The notes beneath the pieces were generated by a model. That model was given only the letters and a program-made list of their open reading frames with translations. It was not told the origin of the DNA and ran no database searches. This document shows positions 1 to 6,412 of a DNA stretch of 11,888 nt, piece after piece (within the stretch, counting starts at the first letter, position 1; the number at the start of each line of letters is the position of its first letter). The DNA lies in assembly GCA_039589315.1 (NCBI GenBank), contig JBDHHQ010000119.1, positions 1 through 11,888 of the forward strand, in the 5' to 3' direction. A program made the translations under genes and the position numbers. The stretch comes from Gemmatimonadota bacterium (GTDB taxonomy: Bacteria; Gemmatimonadota; Gemmatimonadetes; Longimicrobiales; Gaopeijiaceae).

Positions 1-60
1 ACCCGGGGGGGCCTCCCGTACCCCTCCGGGACACGCCTCGTGAGCCAAGCCCCTGGAATT

Positions 61-115
61 ACCGCTGTTTCGCCTCGCACACGGGGAAGCAGGGGCGTGA
101 AGGCGCTCCTGGGGT
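61..115 (+). repeat. Diverged inverted copy of 10329..10396
   Basis: 78..115 matches the reverse complement of 10329..10366 at 30/38 nt. ACCGCTGTTT (61..70) also matches the reverse complement of 10387..10396. Confidence 0.7.
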
Positions 116-839
116 GGAGAGCGAGGAGAGGGCCGTTGAACTCAGGTGCTCGGTGATCACCACGACGACCCGCGCCGAGGTCCACCGGGAGAATGCCTCC
201 CGCATCTTCGATCTCTGGATCGACGAGAGCCAAGCCCTGACTGAGGACGTCCTTCGTGAGCAGGCGCGGCGACAGATGGGGGAGGTCGATGCCAACGCCG
301 AGGAACTGATTGAGGTGTGGCAAGCGGCTCTGGGTCAGCTGGAGCGGATGGAAGTGGTCGTGCGGTTCGCGGACAAGATCGCGGCGGCCTTCCCTTCGGA
401 GAGTGTTCGGTCTCGCAGGGACCATCCCAAGGTCTATGCCCTGATCCGGGCATCAACTTTGCTCCATCAGCGCCAGCGCGACCGTGACGGAGACGGGCGA
501 CTGATCGCCTCGACCGAGGATTACCGCCTCGTCTTGCCGCTCCTTCAGCGGGCCCTCACGCAGTCCGCCATTCAGCTCAGCGACCGAGCGCGGGATCTGT
601 GCGCACTCCTCGACGAACTCGCAGGTGGACGCAGGGACGGGTGGGTGATGAGGGCGGAGCTGGAGGCGGAGGCTCATCGACGACGAGTGGCGAGCCGGAA
701 CACCGTGCACGACTGGTGTCGGAGACTCGCGCGAGTGGACATCTGGCAGGAGGAACGTCTCGACAGCGAGCAGCTTCGCTACCGCAAGCTCCGTGACCTC
801 ACGGAGCTGTTCCCACTGCCGCACCCGGACGAGCTATGA
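116..839 (+). pseudogene. C-terminal part of a mobile-element primase/helicase-associated (MCM/AAA+-like) protein, probably 5'-truncated
   Basis: Motifs ITTTT..EVHRENASR and RSRRDHPKVYALIRASTLLHQRQR...ASTEDY resemble the C-terminal ATPase/helical region of primase-like proteins in integrative elements (recalled family resemblance, not a search). The frame is open from position 3, but the sequence before ~115 shows no Walker motifs and includes the repeat shared with 10329..10396. Confidence 0.5.
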
Positions 840-850
840 CCGCCCAGGAG

Positions 851-1050
851 GGTCCCAATGGGGTGCTGGGATGTCGATATCATTGTATGACAACACCTTA
901 CGGCAACCTCCCAGGCCTCCCAATAGAGAATCCGGGAGAGAGAGTTCTCCTGTTCGTGCGCGGTACGGCATTGAGGGTTGGGACGCCTGGGAGCCACGGC
1001 CGAACGCCTGTCAATCATAGGCTTAGGCCTCCCACATGGGCATTGGGACC
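851..1050. repeat. 200-bp dyad-symmetric array of TCCCA/TGGGA motifs, candidate replication origin
   Basis: Four inverted pairs share the centre 950.5: 851..860/1041..1050 (10/10), 867..871/1030..1034, 888..892/1009..1013 and 908..923/978..993 (15/16). Confidence 0.7.
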
Positions 1051-1091
1051 TACCTGTCAGCGGTTGCCCGCCGCATCAGTCTGACCGACCT

Positions 1092-1478
1092 ATGCCGCGC
1101 CTCCACGACCGCATCCGCCCCGCCGACCTCGCAATGAGGTGGCGGTCCAAGGCCGAGGATCTGCGTCGGCTCGCAGCCGAGGCTCAGGCGGTCACGCTGG
1201 AGCACTGCGCCGATGAGCTGGAGGAAGCCCTCCGAGAGACCGAGGCTGTCCCGCTCAACCTCCAACAGGCCGCTGAGCAATCCGGCTACAGCCCGGACCA
1301 CCTGGGCAGGCTGATCCGTGAGGGGAAGATCCCCAACGCCGGTCGGAGCGGTGCCCCCAAGATCCTCCGTAGGGACCTGCCCCGGAAGGCCGCCGCCTTG
1401 ACCCCGGAGCCATCGCTCCATGAGCTTCCACGCACGAAGGAGCAGATCGTGCGGTCCGTCATCGCCGAAGGAGGCTGA
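1092..1478 (+). CDS. Excisionase-like helix-turn-helix DNA-binding protein (128 aa)
   Basis: LNLQQAAEQSGYSPDHLGRLIREGKIP is an HTH_17/MerR-like motif. The stop overlaps the integrase start (TGATG at 1476..1480). ATG 1092 preferred over the ORF-track start at 978, which lies inside the palindrome. Confidence 0.75.
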   Translation: MPRLHDRIRPADLAMRWRSKAEDLRRLAAEAQAVTLEHCADELEEALRETEAVPLNLQQAAEQSGYSPDHLGRLIREGKIPNAGRSGAPKILRRDLPRKAAALTPEPSLHELPRTKEQIVRSVIAEGG

Positions 1479-2644
1479 TGATGGGAAGCACGAAGAAGAA
1501 CTGGAGCTACAGCGCAGGAGAGCGGGGTAGGAACCGGGTCAGGGCTTTCGAGCACCAGACCACCGGCATCATCCAGCTGGAGTGGTACGACCGGGGGCGC
1601 CGGAAGCGGCTGTCTCTCGGCCACAGCGACCGCAGGAAGGCCAAGATCCAGGCCGACGAGGTCGCCGCCAAACTGGGTCAGGCCGAAACCCCTCGCTCCG
1701 ACGACATCACGCTCCAGGAGCTGTTTGACATCTATCTGGGTGAGGTGACGCCCACCAAGAGCCCACGGAGCCAGAAGCACGACCAACGCGCCGCTGACCT
1801 GTTCCGGTTTGCTTTCGGCCCCGGTCGAAAGGCGCGTGACCTGAGTCGAAGAGACTGGGACCGCTTCGTCCGTGAACGGAGAGAAGGTCTCCTGGCTCCC
1901 GGTGGAAGGCAGGGCAAACGCCCAATCGTAGGCGAAAGGACAATCGCTCGGGACCTCAAATGGCTCTTGGCAGTCCTCAACTGGGCCACGTTGGCGGGCA
2001 ACGGTCGCGGTGGATTATTACTTCAGCGGAATCCGCTCAGGGGGCTCCCCATTCCGAAGGATGAAAGCCCCAAGCGCCCAGCGATGACGAAGGCGATGTA
2101 CGATGCGATGCTTGCTGCCGCCGGAGAGGTAGACTGGCGGGTCTCAGTGGCTCTGGTGATGGCCCATGAAACCGGGCACCGCATCGGCGCAATCCGACAG
2201 CTCCGTTGGTCCGACATTGACCTCGATACCGGTCGCGTCCGGTGGCCCAAGATCAGCGACAAGATCGGCTTCGAGCACGAAACACCCCTGACGCCCGAGG
2301 CCGTCGAGGCACTCAAGGTCGCCCGTCAATACAACCCTGGCATCGGTGACAGCTGGGTCTTTCCCAGCCCCAAGGACCCTGCGAAGGCGTGCTCACGGCA
2401 TCTGATGCGGGACTGGTGGCGACGAGCGGAGTGGAAGGCTGGCCTGGAGCACGTCGAGGGCATGGGATGGCACAGCCTGCGGCGGAAGTTCGCCACGGAG
2501 CTGAAGGAGATCCCTCTCAAGGATCTGTGCCATCTGGGCGGGTGGAAGAACCCACAGACGGTCCTGAGCTGCTACCAGCAGGCCGATGAAGGCACGATGC
2601 GGAAGGCTCTCGCACGCCGAGCTGAGCAGCGGGACGGCTCCTGA
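1478..2644 (+). CDS. Tyrosine recombinase / site-specific integrase, intact
   Basis: Full catalytic set: R (TGHRIG), K (SDK), HxxR (WHSLRR), W (GGW), Y (CYQ). Ends about 90 bp from a tRNA-derived att repeat. Confidence 0.95.
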   Translation: MMGSTKKNWSYSAGERGRNRVRAFEHQTTGIIQLEWYDRGRRKRLSLGHSDRRKAKIQADEVAAKLGQAETPRSDDITLQELFDIYLGEVTPTKSPRSQKHDQRAADLFRFAFGPGRKARDLSRRDWDRFVRERREGLLAPGGRQGKRPIVGERTIARDLKWLLAVLNWATLAGNGRGGLLLQRNPLRGLPIPKDESPKRPAMTKAMYDAMLAAAGEVDWRVSVALVMAHETGHRIGAIRQLRWSDIDLDTGRVRWPKISDKIGFEHETPLTPEAVEALKVARQYNPGIGDSWVFPSPKDPAKACSRHLMRDWWRRAEWKAGLEHVEGMGWHSLRRKFATELKEIPLKDLCHLGGWKNPQTVLSCYQQADEGTMRKALARRAEQRDGS

Positions 2645-2646
2645 AT

Positions 2647-2667
2647 CGACACACCCGACCGACACAC
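2647..2667 (+). repeat. Tandem CGACACAC repeat, candidate integrase arm-type site
   Basis: CGACACAC at 2647 and 2660 (13-bp period), directly after the integrase stop and 66 bp from the att core. Confidence 0.6.
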
Positions 2668-2685
2668 GTTCGGAGCCAGAAGCGC

Positions 2686-2723
2686 ACAGAAGACCCCGCC
2701 CAAGGCCGTAACCTCAAGCGGGG
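2686..2723 (-). terminator. Possible intrinsic terminator downstream of the tRNA-Val 3' end
   Basis: Minus-strand 12-bp stem 2694..2705/2712..2723 with three G-U pairs and a 6-nt loop, followed by a weak U tract (UCUUCUGU). Confidence 0.4.
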
Positions 2724-2733
2724 CTTGACCATC

Positions 2734-2783
2734 CCTCAATGGGCGCTGCTGGACTCGAACCAGCGACCTCCTGCTTGTAAGGC
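2734..2783 (-). repeat. att repeat 1: 3' half of tRNA-Val(TAC)
   Basis: Minus strand reads GCCT-TAC-AAGCAGG-AGGTC-GCTGG-TTCGAGT-CCAGC-AGCGCCC-A-TTGAGG: anticodon loop, T arm and acceptor 3' strand, with no D arm or 5' half. 49/50 identical to 5881..5930. Confidence 0.92.
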
Positions 2784-2832
2784 CCACCAGGGGGCCGCAG
2801 GTTTTCACGAGATTCGTGTAGGCATTGAGCTT

Positions 2833-2855
2833 TCCTACCCGAGACTCGGGTAGGA
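2833..2855. promoter_or_regulatory. Perfect palindrome TCCTACCCGAG-A-CTCGGGTAGGA, possible protein-binding site
   Basis: 11-bp inverted repeat with a 1-nt spacer, located between the att core and the arm-like site. Confidence 0.35.
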
Positions 2856-2885
2856 TCCCAGCCCAATACCCGGATCTCGGGGATT

Positions 2886-2910
2886 CGAACGTACACACTT
2901 GTGTACACAG
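2886..2910 (+). repeat. Arm-like site at the left end of the kinase islet
   Basis: GTACACAC (2891) and GTACACAG (2903), 12-bp period. CGAACGTACACAC at 2886..2898 recurs exactly at 5812..5824. Confidence 0.6.
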
Positions 2911-2990
2911 TCCCGCCTAGGGACCCTCAGCATGGGGGCCAGACTGAGTTTCCTTGCGCCCCAATGGTTCGGCACAGGATCTTGGGCATC

Positions 2991-5693
2991 ATGTCTGATC
3001 CCGCTGACCGTCTGAACGCTGCCCTCGAAGGCCGCTACCGCGTAGAACGCGAGCTCGGCGAGGGAGGCATGGCAACGGTCTATCTGGCGAAGGACCTCAA
3101 GCACAACCGCAACGTCGCGCTCAAGGTGCTCAAGCAAGAGCTGGCGGCCGTCGTGGGTGCCGACCGATTCCTGGCCGAGATCGAGACGACGGCCAACCTG
3201 CAGCATCCGCATATCTTACCGCTGTTCGACTCCGGCGAGGCAGACGGCTTCTTGTTCTATGTGATGCCGTACGTCGAGGGCGAAAGCCTTCGGCAACGAC
3301 TCGACCGAGAGCATCAGCTGCCAGTGGATGATGCCGTTCGCATCGCGACGAACGTGGCAGAGGCGCTCGACTACGCACACCGCAAGAGCGTGATCCATAG
3401 GGACATCAAGCCTGCCAACGTCCTGCTTCTCGAGGGCAAGCCGGTGATCTCGGACTTCGGCATCGCGCTAGCGGTGGGCGCGGCAGGCGGAGGTAGGCTG
3501 ACCGAGACAGGTATGTCCCTCGGGACTCCGCATTACATGAGCCCCGAACAGGCCACCGGTGATCAGCACGTCGGACCCGCGACGGACATCTACGCTCTCG
3601 GTTGCGTTTTGTACGAAATGCTCGCGGGTGAGCCCCCGTTCACTGGGAGTACCGCTCAGGCGGTTCTCGGACGGATCATCACGGAGCCCCCGCCAGTCAC
3701 GAGCAAGCGCAGGAGCACGGTCACTGAGCACGTCGAGGCGGTGGTCACCAAGGCACTGCAAAAGGTGCCCGCGGACCGATTCGCGTCGGCTCAAGGCATG
3801 GCCCGTGCGTTAGGGGACACGACCTTTCGGTACGGCGAGGTCGTATCTCGTCAAGGGAGCGGACGTGAGGTCCAATGGAGGCGCTTGGGTCTCGTGATGA
3901 CGGCGGTTTCCATCGTGCTCGGGGTCGCCCTTGCATGGACGTTGCTCACGTTGCGCCACCAAAGCGAAGCCCGATTCATCGTCGCAGAACGATTCCCCGC
4001 GCCCCTCCGGGCGCATCAGATGCCGCAAGACGTGGGGATCCCGAGCTTCGTTCTGAGCGACGACGGCGCCCTGCTCGTCTATCGCGCCTTGGGTCCTGAC
4101 GGCCCCGAGCTCTTTGTCCGAAGCTGGAGCGGACTGGACGCCGTGTCTCTCCCCGGCACCATCAATCCCATCAACCCCACGATCTCTCCGGATGCGGACG
4201 AGGTCGCGTTCGGGGCCTTCGCCTCAGGCTCCGGGGTGATCCGAGTTGCTCCACTCGACGGTGGACCGGCGCGAGACCTGAGGCCCGTGGACAATCCCTT
4301 CGCGCATTGGGGTCGCGACAACTGGATCTACTTCCCGAGTGACTCAGGCGTGACTCGCATTCGACCCGATGGCGAAGATGCGCAGATGGTCACTAGGACC
4401 GACGGCTCGTCGCCCGACGGAGTGTATCACATCGTCTGGGACGTTCTCCCGGGGGGAAGGGGGGCCCTCATGGTGGCGGACATCGGGGAGGTCTCAGAGG
4501 TTCGCGCTCTGGACCTGGTCAGCGGCGAGATGATCCCTCTGACCCGGGGCTCGTTTCCCAGCTACGCGGCTTCGGGTCACGTCGTGTACTTGAGTGATTC
4601 GGACTCGACCATCATGGCCGTCCCTTTCGATCCAGACGGCCTCCGCCTCTCGGGTGCCCCCACCAGGATACTCGGAGGTGTCTTGTACTTTTCGATTTCG
4701 GATGATGGGCGCCTCTTCTATCAAGCGGCCGCCAGAGCGCCGCCCTTACTTGGCGAGTTCGTCTGGATGTCGCGTGATGGACAGGTTAGCACCGTGGACC
4801 CCGGTTGGACCTTCGAGCCCGGCACGGCCAACGCTGGTTGGAGTCTGTCACCCGACGGCCGTCGAATCGCGTACCGCGGGATCCGGGACGGGCAAGAGGA
4901 CATCTGGGTGAAGCAACTCGACGATGGCCCGAACTCACGACTGACGTTCCACTCAGCACTTGAGCGCATGCCCAGGTGGAGTGCGGATGGGGCGGAGGTC
5001 ACTTTCCTGTCCAACAGGGGGGGACAGCTGGACGTCTACCGTAGAGCCGCGGACGGTACCGCCGACGCGGAACTCCTGTTCGATCACGAGCGAAGTCTCG
5101 CGCAAGGGTTCCTTGGCCCAGACGGAGAATGGCTGGTGATGCGCACCGGGGGAGCGGCAAACGTCGCCGGAGGTCGCGACATACTCGCGATCCGACCCGG
5201 CATCGACGAGGCACCACTCGAGCTCCTAGCGGAAGCGTACGACGAGGCCGCACCAGCGCTCTCCCACGATGGTCGGTGGCTCGCCTACGTCTCCGATGAA
5301 ACCGACACGTACGAGGTTTTCGTTCGCCCATTCCCGGAGGTAGAGTCTGGCAAGTGGCAAGTGTCCGACGCCGGCGGACGGCAGCCGATCTGGTCGGATG
5401 AGGGTGATGAGCTCTTCTTCATCAACGACGCGGGGGAGATGGTCGCGGCGCAGGTCCAGGCCGGCGAAGACGCGTTCCGCGTCGTGGATCGCGTCGTGCT
5501 CTTCTCGATCCCGCAGGACATCTTGGGTCGCGATCTGCCCTACTCGGGAAAGTATGACGTCACGTTGGACGCACAGCGGTTCATCATGGTACGAGAGGTC
5601 GAGCGTGACGAGGCCGAGTTGGTGGAGCCTTCGGACCAGTGGTCCCTCGTTCTCAATTTCTTCGAGGAGCTGAAGCGGCTGGCGCCGAACTGA
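2991..5693 (+). CDS. Membrane Hanks-type Ser/Thr protein kinase with C-terminal TolB-like (PD40/WD40-like) beta-propeller, 900 aa
   Basis: Kinase motifs GEGGMATV, VALK, HRDIKPAN, DFG, GTPHYMSPE, DIYALG. One TM helix (LGLVMTAVSIVLGVALAWTLL). Repeated (P/W)SPDG-type blades. ATG 2991 (MSDPADRLNAALEGRY) preferred over GTG 2901, which lies in the arm repeat. Confidence 0.95.
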   Translation: MSDPADRLNAALEGRYRVERELGEGGMATVYLAKDLKHNRNVALKVLKQELAAVVGADRFLAEIETTANLQHPHILPLFDSGEADGFLFYVMPYVEGESLRQRLDREHQLPVDDAVRIATNVAEALDYAHRKSVIHRDIKPANVLLLEGKPVISDFGIALAVGAAGGGRLTETGMSLGTPHYMSPEQATGDQHVGPATDIYALGCVLYEMLAGEPPFTGSTAQAVLGRIITEPPPVTSKRRSTVTEHVEAVVTKALQKVPADRFASAQGMARALGDTTFRYGEVVSRQGSGREVQWRRLGLVMTAVSIVLGVALAWTLLTLRHQSEARFIVAERFPAPLRAHQMPQDVGIPSFVLSDDGALLVYRALGPDGPELFVRSWSGLDAVSLPGTINPINPTISPDADEVAFGAFASGSGVIRVAPLDGGPARDLRPVDNPFAHWGRDNWIYFPSDSGVTRIRPDGEDAQMVTRTDGSSPDGVYHIVWDVLPGGRGALMVADIGEVSEVRALDLVSGEMIPLTRGSFPSYAASGHVVYLSDSDSTIMAVPFDPDGLRLSGAPTRILGGVLYFSISDDGRLFYQAAARAPPLLGEFVWMSRDGQVSTVDPGWTFEPGTANAGWSLSPDGRRIAYRGIRDGQEDIWVKQLDDGPNSRLTFHSALERMPRWSADGAEVTFLSNRGGQLDVYRRAADGTADAELLFDHERSLAQGFLGPDGEWLVMRTGGAANVAGGRDILAIRPGIDEAPLELLAEAYDEAAPALSHDGRWLAYVSDETDTYEVFVRPFPEVESGKWQVSDAGGRQPIWSDEGDELFFINDAGEMVAAQVQAGEDAFRVVDRVVLFSIPQDILGRDLPYSGKYDVTLDAQRFIMVREVERDEAELVEPSDQWSLVLNFFEELKRLAPN

Positions 5694-5811
5694 CCCGTCT
5701 GGTCCGTGGTCAGCCAACTCACCCGACTTGGACCGAGGTTGGCCGGTACGCGTCCCGATGCTTTTCGAGGCTGCATTACTGACTCACCCGTAGACGGGCA
5801 GGAAGGGGCGC

Positions 5812-5837
5812 CGAACGTACACACCGGCTGAACCCAC
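5812..5837 (+). repeat. Arm-like site at the right end of the kinase islet
   Basis: CGAACGTACACAC at 5812..5824 is identical to 2886..2898. A degenerate second unit GAACCCAC is at 5830. An AT-rich tract (5857..5880) follows before the att core. Confidence 0.55.
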
Positions 5838-5880
5838 GCGCCGAGTCATTCTCCCTAACTTATTGTAGTTAATAGTTTTA

Positions 5881-5930
5881 CCTCAATGGGCGCTGCCGGA
5901 CTCGAACCAGCGACCTCCTGCTTGTAAGGC
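5881..5930 (-). repeat. att repeat 2: 3' half of tRNA-Val(TAC)
   Basis: 49/50 identical to 2734..2783. The single difference (5897 C vs 2750 T) gives a U-G pair in the T stem. No 5' half follows. Confidence 0.92.
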
Positions 5931-6025
5931 AGTGCCAGCACAGCAGTTAGCACCTATCCACGACGATTCTAGCGGGTTTCTCAGACCAACGCGAGCACCA
6001 GCGGCAGCCACCAGCCATACGCTTT

Positions 6026-6045
6026 GACACTGATTACGGCACTGA
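6026..6045 (+). repeat. Tandem G(A/G)CACTGA, arm-like site of a further element
   Basis: GACACTGA at 6026 and GGCACTGA at 6038 (12-bp period), 95 bp from att repeat 2, similar geometry to att repeat 1 and the site at 2891. Confidence 0.45.
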
Positions 6046-6099
6046 GCACAAGCGCGGCGCACGTCCTGTTGAGCGCCTGCCTAACAAGCGCAGCCGAAC

Positions 6100-6160
6100 G
6101 GCCCCGGATTCGACAACGGCCTTCTCAGGAAAGCCAACGAATCCGGGGCCTTTCGCGTTT
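6100..6160 (+). promoter_or_regulatory. Strong stem-loop (terminator, attenuator or leader remnant)
   Basis: Perfect 13-bp stem 6100..6112/6138..6150 around a 25-nt loop with a small internal hairpin, followed by TTTCGCGTTT. Confidence 0.5.
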
Positions 6161-6228
6161 CAGCACTCGAACCGACGGCCAGATCCTGACGGTGTTCCAG
6201 AGGCCGGTATACAGGGTTTGGCGGTCTG

Positions 6229-6252
6229 AACAGACCCAGAAACAGACCCAGG
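6229..6252 (+). repeat. 12-bp tandem repeat AACAGACCCAG(A/G), arm-like
   Basis: Two adjacent units, 11/12 identical. Confidence 0.5.
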
Positions 6253-6412
6253 TCTTTATCCCGCCCGAGGGGCCCGTCAGGCGCACTGCTCCGCCGCGTC
6301 TCTTTCTGGCGCCACGCCTCACCAGCGTTGGTCTTGGATTGATCGCCAGCAGAGGCTTCTCCCCCTCTGGAATAGACCAGTGTTGGACCCCGTCCTCACC
6401 CCGCCAGCGGAT

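Larger units (their letters stand above)
2734..5930. mobile_element. Integrase-less tRNA-Val-targeted islet (3147-bp unit) carrying a Ser/Thr kinase
   Basis: Bounded by 50-bp direct att repeats. Internal CGAACGTACACAC direct repeats lie near both ends. One cargo gene, no recombinase. Confidence 0.7.

Noticed and set aside
78..115. 38-bp repeat with GGGG as a Tn3-family inverted repeat
   Set aside because: GGGG lies at the inner end, not the outer start. There is no TAAG inner motif and no Tn3 transposase.
836..1091. ORF 836..1084 and the 978 start for the HTH gene
   Set aside because: They run through the symmetric repeat array and have no protein-like features.
2821..2840. GGCATTGAGCTTTCCTACCC loosely resembles an IS91/ISCR oriIS end
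   Set aside because: The match is weak, there is no HUH/Y2 transposase in the window, and half of it is explained by the 2833..2855 palindrome.
2734..5930. The 50-bp repeats as functional tRNA genes or CRISPR repeats
   Set aside because: Both lack the 5' half and D arm. There are only two copies 3.1 kb apart and no cas genes.
6079..6100. GCCTAACAAGCG resembles the left (R'') end of an integron attC site
   Set aside because: No complementary GTTRRRY end within attC distance, no cassette ORF ending here, and neither integrase shows the IntI-specific insertion.
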